Positions 45,437-55,066 of a stretch of DNA of 64,000 nt are shown here, in pieces. The position numbers were made by a program, and so were the translations under genes. Positions within the stretch are counted from its first letter, which is position 1. The number at the start of each line of letters is the position of its first letter. Under the pieces are notes generated by a model that did no database searches, was not told the DNA's origin, and worked only from the letters and a program-made list of their open reading frames with translations. Source of the stretch: Firmicutes bacterium ADurb.Bin182 (GTDB taxonomy: Bacteria; Bacillota; Clostridia; Christensenellales; CAG-138); the NCBI GenBank assembly GCA_002070205.1, contig MWCU01000117.1, positions 1,993 through 65,992 of the forward strand, written 5' to 3'.

Positions 45437-45895
45437 TTAACAGCGCTTGACCATTCTATAATTCATCAATGTAACGCCGTTTCGGATAACTTTATTTTCC
45501 GCTTCAACCGAATAACCTTGATTTTCAAAAAAGGCTTTGGCGGTGATTGACGCATGCGTTTCAAAGCTGAATAAGCCGGCTTTTCGAGCGCGCCGTTCCA
45601 ATTCGTTTATAAGAGCGGAAGCGATGCCCCTGCGCTGAAAATCCTTATGAACATAAAGCTTGTCCAGCAAGCCCGTATCATCCATGTCCGCAAATCCCGC
45701 GATTTCTCCGTTTATTTCCGCGATCAATGTATTATGCGCCAGAAATGAACGATTCCAAGCTTGCAAATCAACGCTTCCGTTTGCCCATGCGTTCAACTGC
45801 TCACTTGTGTAATCCGCTGCATTGACCGTATGCACAGTATCATAAAACAGTTTTGCCATTGATGTGCAGTCGCCCGGTTTATATTCCCGAATCAT
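45437..45895 (-). CDS. GNAT family N-acetyltransferase
   Basis: The motif FQRRGIASALINELERRA is present and the product is 152 aa. Confidence 0.85.
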   Translation of the reverse strand: MIREYKPGDCTSMAKLFYDTVHTVNAADYTSEQLNAWANGSVDLQAWNRSFLAHNTLIAEINGEIAGFADMDDTGLLDKLYVHKDFQRRGIASALINELERRARKAGLFSFETHASITAKAFFENQGYSVEAENKVIRNGVTLMNYRMVKRC

Positions 45896-46068
45896 AATAA
45901 TGTCCTCGTCAATTCAATCAAATCCGCGCTGTGCGGATCACATTTGTTGAGCATAATTCGCCTGACGCGATTTTTATTCATTCTATGTCCTGCTTACAGA
46001 TTCCTATTTAACCCTGCAAAATCGTTTATGTCCTAATCGAACCTGGCCGCTTGTTTAAATATACGGGT

Positions 46069-47907
46069 TCATTTTCCTTGCCTTTGCATCGATATGATAT
46101 CCGTCAAATAATCCATCGTTTTGTTTCTGTCCAAAGCGTCGACAACGGTTATATTTTCGATTTTTTTCAGAAGCATATCGTAGTCGGCAAAAACGGGCCT
46201 TGTTACAAAAATCTTATTGTTTTTAGTGGACTCAACGTCCTCTTCCGGCAGAAGCAGCTCCTCGTGAAGGTTTTCCGCAGGCCTAAGCCCGGTAAATTTT
46301 ATCATTATGTCCGCATCGGGCTCATACCCGCACAGCTTGATATATTTTTTCGCAAGACCCAGTATGTTTATAGGCTCTCCCATGTCCAGAACAAAAACTT
46401 CTCCGCCCTTAGCTATGGCCGCCGCATGAATAACCAGATGAGCGGCTTCGGGAATGGTCATGAAATACCTCGTCGCGTTTCTGTCCGTAACCGTCACGGG
46501 TCCTCCGCGCTCGATCTGCTTTCTGAATATCGGGATAACGCTGCCGCTGCTTCCGAGAACGTTGCCGAATCTTACGGAAGAGAATTCCGTATTGCTGCGC
46601 GCGTTAAGCGACTGTATTATCATTTCCGCGACTCTTTTCGTCGCACCCATAACGCTTGTCGGCTTGACCGCCTTATCGGTCGATATCAGCACAAACTTCT
46701 TTACGCCGAATTTTTCGGAGCAATTCGCCAAGTTCAAAGTGCCGAACACGTTGTTTTTTATCGCCTCTCCGGGATTGGTTTCCATAAGGCCGACATGTTT
46801 GTGCGCCGCCGCGTGAAAAACGATTTCGGGACGATACCTCTCGAAAACGTTCTCCAGCCTCTGCTTCTCCCGGATATTCGCTATGACGACAACAACGGCG
46901 CTCTCGCCGCGCAATGCGTTTAAGTCATTTTCGACTTCAAACACGTTATTTTCGTAATTATCCAGCAGCACAAGCAGTTTCGGCTTATACAATATGATCT
47001 GCCTCGAAAGCTCCGACCCTATTGAACCTCCTCCTCCCGTAACCAGGACGACCTTGTCTTTCAGGCAATCGGATATATCGCAGTCGTTAAGGTCAATGGG
47101 CTCCCTGCCCAGCAGATCTTCAAGGTTAACGCTCCTTATTTCGGGGAATGCGAAAGGCCGGTCAAGCAGCTGCATGAAAGAAGGCACGATCTTGATTTCG
47201 CAGTTCAGCTCGCTGCACGTGTCATTGATATTTTCGATCGTTTTTCGGGTAAAGCTCGTTAATGCGATAATGACTTCGTCTATTCTTTTTTCACGGATGA
47301 TGCTTTTGATGTCCTGGATCTGTCCGGCAATGGGCACACCGTTTATTTCCTTGCCCGCTTTTGTTTTATCGTCATCGACTATAGCGACAGGCACGCATTT
47401 CATTTTTGGATTCTCTTTAAACTCTTTTACCAAAACGGCGCCGGTCTCGCCGTTGCCGATTATCAGTATCCTTTTTGCCCCCTCTTTGTCATACAGATAT
47501 TTGTTTTTGATTCTCCTTATACCCCTGTAAGCAAACCGGCTGCCGCCTATCAGAAAAACATCGGTTAAAAACGTTATAACAAAAACACTTTCCGGAATCC
47601 CCGCGCCTAATATTTTAAACGCGCCGAATATGGCCGCGTTGCTTATGAAAGCTGAGGTTATTATCACAATCATCTCGTGCATCCCGGCGAATCTCAAAAT
47701 ACTGTCGTAGTGCCTTAATAAATAAAACAGAGACAATTTTATGAGTATCATGGCGGCTAGTATCAACGCGCCGCGTCTTGGGATTTCAAACGGCATGCTC
47801 TCAAACCGTGCGTCATATTTAAGAAGAAGCGCCAGAGTGAAAGAAATGATAATCAGGCAGGCGTCCGCGATGAGCAGCGCTGTTTTTTGCAGTCTTATAA
47901 ATTTCAT
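46069..47907 (-). CDS. membrane-bound UDP-HexNAc 4,6-dehydratase (CapD/PglF/WbpM family)
   Basis: N-terminal TM helices are followed by the Rossmann fold VTGGGGSIGSEL and an SDR-extended body. Confidence 0.85.
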   Translation of the reverse strand: MKFIRLQKTALLIADACLIIISFTLALLLKYDARFESMPFEIPRRGALILAAMILIKLSLFYLLRHYDSILRFAGMHEMIVIITSAFISNAAIFGAFKILGAGIPESVFVITFLTDVFLIGGSRFAYRGIRRIKNKYLYDKEGAKRILIIGNGETGAVLVKEFKENPKMKCVPVAIVDDDKTKAGKEINGVPIAGQIQDIKSIIREKRIDEVIIALTSFTRKTIENINDTCSELNCEIKIVPSFMQLLDRPFAFPEIRSVNLEDLLGREPIDLNDCDISDCLKDKVVLVTGGGGSIGSELSRQIILYKPKLLVLLDNYENNVFEVENDLNALRGESAVVVVIANIREKQRLENVFERYRPEIVFHAAAHKHVGLMETNPGEAIKNNVFGTLNLANCSEKFGVKKFVLISTDKAVKPTSVMGATKRVAEMIIQSLNARSNTEFSSVRFGNVLGSSGSVIPIFRKQIERGGPVTVTDRNATRYFMTIPEAAHLVIHAAAIAKGGEVFVLDMGEPINILGLAKKYIKLCGYEPDADIMIKFTGLRPAENLHEELLLPEEDVESTKNNKIFVTRPVFADYDMLLKKIENITVVDALDRNKTMDYLTDIISMQRQGK

Positions 47908-47990
47908 GGAAGCCTCACATTATATAGAAAAATGATTTCTCGGCAAAAAGCTTCGAAACCATTGAGTTTTATTAAATCGGAATTCTGAAA

Positions 47991-48722
47991 CTAAAATATT
48001 TTATTGTATATGCCGATGTTCTTTTCAAGCTCGCTGTCGAAAGCTCTGAGTTTATCCGCAAGAAAACCCTCAATAACCGTTTGAGCGTCGAGGGTACTGT
48101 CCGTCCACCAAAGTGGGTGAACAAGGGCCTGTATCCGGTCGGGAGAATTTATTCCGGCTTTCAAAAACCCGCATAAACAACCGTCCTTCCAGGCGCGCCT
48201 TGAATCGGATATATATTTGAACTCCTTCGTGAAAATCCGGCCGTATGTGTTGACGAGCCCGTCATTCAGCTTGATATCAGAGTTCAGTATAAGCTGTGAC
48301 GGCCTGTGGAAAGATACAGCGCAAACAGGTGCTTCAAAAGAATCCCTAAGCAATCGCACCTCACAATCCACATCGCTTGCGATTGTATCAATGTCGTCCG
48401 AATCGCAGAAGCTTTCGTCAAAATGCAGTCCGATTTGATGGCCGAGAGCCAATATCCCTCTGATATAGGCGAAATTCGCTTTATCGAAAATATTGTAAAA
48501 GGGCGACCTCAGCATAATAAAATAGGTTGTCCCTATTCCGTACCTGTTTTCCAATACGGCCATCTTATGCGCCAAGCTCAAATCCACATCGACGTCGTGC
48601 CTTATTATCAATTCCATATCACGGCGGCGGGAGGTATCGAAAAAAACGACCTTATAGTCCGAGTTATTTATTAAACGAAGAATTTCTTCGTAGTGCGAAT
48701 ATGTGAATCCGCAATCGAGCAT
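47991..48722 (-). CDS. polysaccharide deacetylase-like protein
   Basis: The block IIRHDVDVD...GHQIGLHFDE resembles a CE4-like metal-binding pattern. The assignment is tentative. Confidence 0.5.
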   Translation of the reverse strand: MLDCGFTYSHYEEILRLINNSDYKVVFFDTSRRRDMELIIRHDVDVDLSLAHKMAVLENRYGIGTTYFIMLRSPFYNIFDKANFAYIRGILALGHQIGLHFDESFCDSDDIDTIASDVDCEVRLLRDSFEAPVCAVSFHRPSQLILNSDIKLNDGLVNTYGRIFTKEFKYISDSRRAWKDGCLCGFLKAGINSPDRIQALVHPLWWTDSTLDAQTVIEGFLADKLRAFDSELEKNIGIYNKIF

Positions 48723-48739
48723 TACACACCTCTTGTAAG

Positions 48740-50302
48740 CTAAAAAATCTTAAGGAAGCTTTCCGGCCAGCCGAACTTTTTCAAAACCGGTTTTACAATA
48801 TGGGTCAGTTCGCTTGTTTTTAAAATAAACAGCATGCATATATAAGCGATGAAGCCCGCGCTTGAGATGACGGCAAGCTTTAAAAACACGGTGACGGAAG
48901 CGGCGCCTTCATGAAGCGGCCAAACCCCGCGCGAGCTGAGGAAGTACATGAGGCTCCCCGCCGCAGCAGCAGCCGCGCCGCATTTTATCAGCAGTTTTCC
49001 CATATCCCCGAAGCGAAGGCTTATTCTTTTACCGATCCTAATAAATAAGGATAACCCGCAAAACAATGAAGCGAAAGCCGAGGCAGACGCAAGGCCGAAA
49101 ATGCCCCAAATCCTTGCAAATATGAAACTTAGAACGATATTTACGCATATGGAAAGTATCCCGTTTACCATAGGCGTTTTCGTGTCTTTAAGCGAATAGA
49201 ACGTTCTGTTCAGCAGCGCGGTCACACCGCTGCCCATGATCCCGATCGAATAAAACCCCAATAACGCCGACGTAGTTTTAGTGTTGACCGGGTCAAACGC
49301 CCCTCTTTCGAATAAAAGCCTTATGATAGGCACCCTTTGAACGAAAATCACCGCCATTATAGGGAAGGATATCAGGATAACGGTTTTCAGCCCCGCCGTG
49401 ACCGCTTTGGCGAATTTGCCTGCATCCTCCGACGCGGCCGCCAATTCCGGAAACAAAACGATAGCGAGCGAGCTGAAAAAAATGCCCCCCGCAATGCCGT
49501 TTACTTTCGAAGCATAATCGAGTACCGATATGCTTCCCGCATCAAAGCCGGACGCCAGCATTTTGTCTATCAATATGGAAGCCTCGTTAAAAGCGGTGCT
49601 GATAAACACCGGGACGGACAGAATCAGAACTTTTCTGAAGCCCGGCTCCTTAAAGTCAAAAACCGGAAAAAAGCGGTACCCCTCCTTGAACAACGTGGGC
49701 GCCTGAATTAAAAACTGGCTTGCCATAGCGAGGAGACTTCCGACCGCCAAAGCTTCGATTCCTGCTGACCCGAATAAAATCACGCTGAAAATAACGGTCA
49801 AATTGAGAGGGATGCCCATAAACGCGGTAATCGCAAATCTCCGGTTGCTCTGCAAATATCCGTTTGCAAGATATGCAAGCGCTAAAAATACAACGGACGG
49901 GCACAACAAAACGGTAAATTTGACGGCAAGCTCATGTGTTCCGCCCTCGAACCCCGGAGCAATGAATTTGACCAGCAACGGGGCGGCTGCCATGCCGAAG
50001 ACCGCTATCAAAGCCGTTATCAGTGTGACGATGTTAAATAAGTTGTTTACGAAATACAGCCTTCGTTCACGGGTTTCATTTTTAAAATCGCTGTAAACGG
50101 GAATGAAAGTGGTGGCGATGGCCGCATAGATAACGCCTGTTAAAACGGAAGGAACTTCGAACGCAACTCTGTACGCGTCCGTCTCCGATCCGGCTCCGAA
50201 AAAAGCCGCAATCACGCTTTCGCGAAAAAGGCCTAAAAACTTGCTCAGCGCAGATATTATCATTATTGCGGCAGCCGACTTTGCGGCCCTTCCGGCAAGC
50301 AT
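48740..50302 (-). CDS. murJ: MurJ/MviN-family (MOP superfamily) lipid-linked glycan flippase
   Basis: The N-terminal block is SKFLGLFRESVIAAFFGAGSETDAYRVAFEVP. The product has about 14 TM helices and is 520 aa. Confidence 0.8.
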   Translation of the reverse strand: MLAGRAAKSAAAIMIISALSKFLGLFRESVIAAFFGAGSETDAYRVAFEVPSVLTGVIYAAIATTFIPVYSDFKNETRERRLYFVNNLFNIVTLITALIAVFGMAAAPLLVKFIAPGFEGGTHELAVKFTVLLCPSVVFLALAYLANGYLQSNRRFAITAFMGIPLNLTVIFSVILFGSAGIEALAVGSLLAMASQFLIQAPTLFKEGYRFFPVFDFKEPGFRKVLILSVPVFISTAFNEASILIDKMLASGFDAGSISVLDYASKVNGIAGGIFFSSLAIVLFPELAAASEDAGKFAKAVTAGLKTVILISFPIMAVIFVQRVPIIRLLFERGAFDPVNTKTTSALLGFYSIGIMGSGVTALLNRTFYSLKDTKTPMVNGILSICVNIVLSFIFARIWGIFGLASASAFASLFCGLSLFIRIGKRISLRFGDMGKLLIKCGAAAAAAGSLMYFLSSRGVWPLHEGAASVTVFLKLAVISSAGFIAYICMLFILKTSELTHIVKPVLKKFGWPESFLKIF

Positions 50303-50344
50303 GCTCGTTCCCTTTCCTGTCCGGTAATTTTTTATCGTCTCCGC

Positions 50345-51460
50345 TCAGCGGCCGGCCGCTATACCTTCTTTAAGCACGCTGACCACATAATCGATTTGTT
50401 CATCCGTTATATCGTTAAAAAACGGAAGCGCCACAGTGGAAGCCGCGACTTTTTCCGTGACGGGGAAATCGCCTTCCCGGTAACCGAACATCTTTTTAAA
50501 GTACGGCTGAAGGTGAAGCGGCGTGAAGTAAGGTTTACAGGCGACGCCGTTATTTATCAGATGCCGCATGACCTTGTTTCTGTCAATTGATGAGTCCAAT
50601 CTTATAACATATACGAACCGGCTTATTCCGGTTACTTCGGGAGGAATATGCTGAACCGTGATTTCCCTTTCTGCCGACAGCCTTTCGTTATATATTTGAG
50701 CGGCCCGGCTTCGCTTTTCGATAATTTCGTCCAGCCGGTCCATCTGGGCCGAGCCGAGCGCGGCATTGAGTTCGCTGAGCCGATAATTATAGCCGAGCCG
50801 TTCATGCTCCAGCCACAAGCCCGTCACCGCCCTCCCTTGACTTCTGTAACTTCTGCAAAGCCCGGCAATTTCGTCGTTATCCGTTACTATCATCCCGCCT
50901 TCGCCGGTGGTTATCTGTTTATTGGGATAGAACGCAAAAACAGCTCCGTCCGATCCGGAGCCGCATTTTATGCCGTTGTATTCCGAGCCGAGAGCTTCAC
51001 AGGAATCCTCAAGCAGAAGCAGCCGGTACTTTTCCGCTATTTTTCGAAGACCTTGAATGTCAACGGGATTGCCGAACACATCCACAGCGAGGATTGCTTT
51101 TGTATTTTCGGTGATCTTGTCTTCGATAAGCGCCGTGTTTATGTTGAATGTATCGGGACATATATCCGCAAATACGGGCTTTGCGCCTTCAAAAAGAATG
51201 CAGTTCGCGGAAGCCACAAAGCTGAAAGGCGTCGTAATGACTTCGTCTCCCGCCTTTATTCGGTGTGCTTTCACAAGCAAATGAAGTCCGCTCGTGCCGC
51301 TGTTGACCGCAATCGCGTTCCCGACGCCTATATATTCCTCGATTTTTTTTTCGAATTCACTGACCTTGGGACCTATGCTCAAAATACCGGACTTTAAAAC
51401 CTCTGTTACCGAATCGATCTCCTTTTGCGTGATGTCCGGTTTGGAAAGCGGAATATTCAT
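50345..51460 (-). CDS. DegT/DnrJ/EryC1/StrS family sugar aminotransferase (PglE-like)
   Basis: The blocks LSKPDIT...EF and NSGTSGLHL are present. The product is 371 aa and overlaps the upstream gene by 4 nt. Confidence 0.85.
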   Translation of the reverse strand: MNIPLSKPDITQKEIDSVTEVLKSGILSIGPKVSEFEKKIEEYIGVGNAIAVNSGTSGLHLLVKAHRIKAGDEVITTPFSFVASANCILFEGAKPVFADICPDTFNINTALIEDKITENTKAILAVDVFGNPVDIQGLRKIAEKYRLLLLEDSCEALGSEYNGIKCGSGSDGAVFAFYPNKQITTGEGGMIVTDNDEIAGLCRSYRSQGRAVTGLWLEHERLGYNYRLSELNAALGSAQMDRLDEIIEKRSRAAQIYNERLSAEREITVQHIPPEVTGISRFVYVIRLDSSIDRNKVMRHLINNGVACKPYFTPLHLQPYFKKMFGYREGDFPVTEKVAASTVALPFFNDITDEQIDYVVSVLKEGIAAGR

Positions 51461-53364
51461 CGTCTACCCCCGTTTTTCGTTTGAAAGCTCCTCCTTATGC
51501 TTTCGAGCGCAAGAAGTGCTGTTATTTTTCCGGCGGCTTTTGTTTTTAATTTGGATATCAAAGCCCTGAAAGGATATAAAAGCGCGATGAGAAATCTTAA
51601 TGCGGGGGCATAAACAACATTCAGACGACAGAATGCTTTTCGAAAATTCATTTTATCCATAAGAAATTTCTGCACGTCCGTCTTGTGGCTGATACTCCTC
51701 GCGCCCGCGCAAACATACTTAAAGCCCAGGTCGCCGAGATAATAATTTGTCATTGTGTAAACTAAAGCCGGATGCGCGCCAAGCTTTAAAAACTCGGGCT
51801 TGAACTTGCCGGTTGAGTATACGCAACTGCCGTGACCCACTCTGTTCATGAAATACGCGATTATATTATTATCGGTCTTGTCAAACGCGGCCCAAAAATC
51901 AAAAACCGGGATGTCCTGCCTGGACATCATGCTTAAATAGAATTCTTCAGGACCGGAAGGCTTTTGGTACGTATCGTAAGAGTCAAACGCGCTTTTGTAT
52001 ACCTCATAGCCATGCTTTGCTATGAACGCCGCGTCCACCTTCTTTACGACACACTTTTTGAGGCCGTTTTTTATATGCTGCCTTCTTTTGGAATTAAATT
52101 CGGCGAGCTCTATTATTTTGTCTCTGATTATATACCACCAATCCGTCTCAAACCCGCAGTCGAAATCGCTCGGCCACTCCATTAAAAGCGCTTTGTATTC
52201 TTTTAACAATTTCTTTGCGGCCGTTGCGGACATGAGTATTCGGGTGTGAGGCGGAGCATCCGGCACAAGCGCTCCGTTATATAATTTCCAACGGACGCCG
52301 TCCGTTCTGCCCGAATGGCTTTTCTGCGCCGGTTCGTTTATAGATCCATCTTCTGTTTTATAATCCCCGTCGCTTTTCAAAAATCCCGAAACTTTGCTTA
52401 TGAAACAGGCTATAAAAGCGACGATGAAAATCGATGCGACCCTCCAAATCGAGCCCGAGTAAACGAGTCCGCAGGAAAGCACTATAAGCCCTGCCTGGAC
52501 TGCATATATCACGAGAACCGTGTTCCTGTGTCCGATGCCGGAAATGTCGATCATCAAATTATAAAAATGGCTTCTGTCAGGCTGAAACAGGGGTCTATGG
52601 CGGACCATACGCCTGACGATGGTAAGCAAGGTATCGAATATAGGTATCCCGAGCATGAGCACGGGAATAATGACGGCGGAACTCCCGCCTATAGCATTCC
52701 CCGAGAGGATCCCGAGGACAGCGAGGTTATACCCGAGAGGTACGCTGCCTGCGTCCCCCATAAAAACTTGCGCGGGCCTGAAGTTATACTTCAGAAAACC
52801 CAAGCACGCTCCCGCGACCGTAAGCGATAAAAGCATCAAATAATGGGCTTGGAAGACCGCCCCGATAAAAGCAAACCCTGCCGAGGAGAGCACCGCGACG
52901 CCCGCCGCCAAACCGTCCAGCCCGTCGAGCAAATTTACCGCGTTTGTTATGCCCAGAATCCATAAAGCGGTCAACGGAATATCCAGAGCTTCAAAATCAA
53001 AAAAATGAAATTTAAGTCCCGCGGCCAGAGTAAATATCGTAAGCGTTATTTGAACGCCCAGCTTTATTTTCCAGTTAAAGTCATATTTATCGTCCAGCAA
53101 ACCTGTAGCGCTAAGCGCTGCTGTTACGAATATGACCGTCAGAAATCTGAAACTTTCGGGAGCGGAATATACTTTAAAAATCAAAAATGCCGCCAGTTCC
53201 AAAAGGATAACAGGTATAAAAATGCCAATACCGCCTCCTTTGGGTATTGGCTCTTTATGAATTTTTCTGTAGTCCGGCCTGTCCATGATTCGCAATCTCC
53301 TTGCCCGGGGAGTAATTATGAGGCTCAATATACCCGCGGCAAAAAAGCAGATTATCATCCACAT
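51457..53364 (-). CDS. fusion protein: WecA/MraY-family polyprenyl-phosphate HexNAc-1-phosphate transferase + C-terminal FemAB/Acetyltransf_6-like domain
   Basis: The N-terminal ~330 aa are polytopic with NAVNLLDGLDGLA and the VFMGDAGS motif. The C-terminal ~290 aa are soluble. They parallel the standalone FemAB-like protein at 60077-61036: YIIRDK...SKRRQHIKNGLKK versus YVIRDL...RSTKKNIRRAER. Confidence 0.7.
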   Translation of the reverse strand: MWMIICFFAAGILSLIITPRARRLRIMDRPDYRKIHKEPIPKGGGIGIFIPVILLELAAFLIFKVYSAPESFRFLTVIFVTAALSATGLLDDKYDFNWKIKLGVQITLTIFTLAAGLKFHFFDFEALDIPLTALWILGITNAVNLLDGLDGLAAGVAVLSSAGFAFIGAVFQAHYLMLLSLTVAGACLGFLKYNFRPAQVFMGDAGSVPLGYNLAVLGILSGNAIGGSSAVIIPVLMLGIPIFDTLLTIVRRMVRHRPLFQPDRSHFYNLMIDISGIGHRNTVLVIYAVQAGLIVLSCGLVYSGSIWRVASIFIVAFIACFISKVSGFLKSDGDYKTEDGSINEPAQKSHSGRTDGVRWKLYNGALVPDAPPHTRILMSATAAKKLLKEYKALLMEWPSDFDCGFETDWWYIIRDKIIELAEFNSKRRQHIKNGLKKCVVKKVDAAFIAKHGYEVYKSAFDSYDTYQKPSGPEEFYLSMMSRQDIPVFDFWAAFDKTDNNIIAYFMNRVGHGSCVYSTGKFKPEFLKLGAHPALVYTMTNYYLGDLGFKYVCAGARSISHKTDVQKFLMDKMNFRKAFCRLNVVYAPALRFLIALLYPFRALISKLKTKAAGKITALLALESIRRSFQTKNGGRR

Positions 53365-54347
53365 AATACTTCACTCCTCCCTTTTCCTATAAGACCCGCA
53401 ATCAAGCCTGTGCCGACAGAGAAATGTATCAGCAGATATAAAAATAATGCGGTCAATAAATTCACCCGCTTCGGGATCAAATCTTTTACCGCGAAAAAAG
53501 CGTAAATACCTAAGTAAGGAACAAATTCAAGCAATAAGGGCAAAGCCGTGCCCTTTAATAAAAAAAGCAGCACTACAAATAAAGAATACAAAACAAAAAC
53601 CGCCGGTATAAACGTTGAGATTGACAACTGCGACTTTCTCTTTTTTATAAGCCTTGACTCCCAGTATCCGTAACCCGCCATCTGGCGGATCATGCCTTTA
53701 AGGGTATCCCGAGCGTAATAATAAAAACTTATCGCGGGATCAAACAGTATTTTCCCGCCCGCCTCAACGATCCTTTTGTTCAAATCATTATCCTGATTTC
53801 TGACCAAGGATCCATCAAAACCGCCGACCGCAGTCAGTATTTCTTTTGTGTAGCATCCGAACGCAACCGTTTCGACGAATTGCTTTTTGTTGGAATAGCG
53901 ATAGGCGGACAAGCCGCCTCCGAAAGCGGTATTCCTTACCGCGGCAAAGGCTTTGCCGAGCCGCTTTTCGCTTACTTCTATTTCCCTCCCGCCGACGCAG
54001 TCCGCGTTGTTTTCCTTTATGCTCTCAAGGCTTTTGCCTATGAAATCCGGAGGATACTCGGCGTGCGCTCCGGCAATAAAAATATACCTGCCTTTAGCGT
54101 GCGTGATGCCTATATTGAAGGCTGAGGAAGCTATCATTTCAGAGTTTTGTAAAAGAACGATATTCCCGTACTTTTGCTGCATTCGCGAAATTTCATCCGC
54201 CGTATTATCAACGGACATGCCCTCGACGATCAAAAGCTCATAGTTCGATCTGTCAATCTCCTGGTTCTCAAGCGATTCAATGCAGCGGCAAATAAATTTT
54301 TCTTCATTTCTCGCGGCTATAATGATCGAACAAAGAATCTCATCCAT
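53355..54347 (-). CDS. family 2 glycosyltransferase
   Basis: It has the N-terminal CSIIIAARNEEKFI block, a DxD-type block (VEGMSVDNT) and C-terminal TM helices. Confidence 0.8.
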   Translation of the reverse strand: MDEILCSIIIAARNEEKFICRCIESLENQEIDRSNYELLIVEGMSVDNTADEISRMQQKYGNIVLLQNSEMIASSAFNIGITHAKGRYIFIAGAHAEYPPDFIGKSLESIKENNADCVGGREIEVSEKRLGKAFAAVRNTAFGGGLSAYRYSNKKQFVETVAFGCYTKEILTAVGGFDGSLVRNQDNDLNKRIVEAGGKILFDPAISFYYYARDTLKGMIRQMAGYGYWESRLIKKRKSQLSISTFIPAVFVLYSLFVVLLFLLKGTALPLLLEFVPYLGIYAFFAVKDLIPKRVNLLTALFLYLLIHFSVGTGLIAGLIGKGRSEVLCG

Positions 54348-54362
54348 AACAGTACCTGTTTT

Positions 54363-55040
54363 TCAACCGTCCCATGCGTTTTCGATTTGCGGACCGCAAT
54401 TAAATATATAATCGATGACGGATAACCCGGCGGTATAATCCCCCCACAGCTGTTGATGCGGCCTCTCATTAAAATCCGAGTACATGAGCTCTATTGAATG
54501 CTCTTCAAACTTTTTCTCGTCCTGATATTTGATACCGCCTTTGCCGGACAGGTACCGGTCCGCTCCGACTGTTTCGCAAATGCGGATTATCCGTTCGGTG
54601 CTTGTTTCCTTTATATCGAGCTCGGAAGACAGTACAATACCCGTCTTGATATTTAAGAATTTGCATATTGCTTTTATGACGTCGATGTTCAGCTCGGACA
54701 GATATCCATGGCCTTTCATGATACATTCCCTGAAAACATCAAAAAAATCGCGGAAATGATCCGCTTTTTTATAGTTCAATTCAACAGTCCTTAAATGCTT
54801 TTCCTCCCAGCCCTCATCCGCAATCCTTATTTCTTTTATATTGCGTCCGTAGCTGCCTTTGTTTTCGACCGGCACAGTGAGCCATGATATCCCCTGAGGA
54901 GTTTTTATCCTGTTTCTGTTGATAAAGCCTCTTTTGATGAACTGGACATCGTCTAAAATGACAAACAGATCGCTTTTATGTATCTTGTAAAAATACCCGA
55001 GCCACGGAATATAATTCGGCTGGTGCACCGAAACGACCAT
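54363..55040 (-). CDS. WbqC family protein
   Basis: The N-terminal VHQPNYIPWLGYFYKI is characteristic of WbqC-like proteins. Confidence 0.75.
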   Translation of the reverse strand: MVVSVHQPNYIPWLGYFYKIHKSDLFVILDDVQFIKRGFINRNRIKTPQGISWLTVPVENKGSYGRNIKEIRIADEGWEEKHLRTVELNYKKADHFRDFFDVFRECIMKGHGYLSELNIDVIKAICKFLNIKTGIVLSSELDIKETSTERIIRICETVGADRYLSGKGGIKYQDEKKFEEHSIELMYSDFNERPHQQLWGDYTAGLSVIDYIFNCGPQIENAWDG

Positions 55041-55066
55041 AGCTGCCGCCCCCCGTTAAGCCGAAA

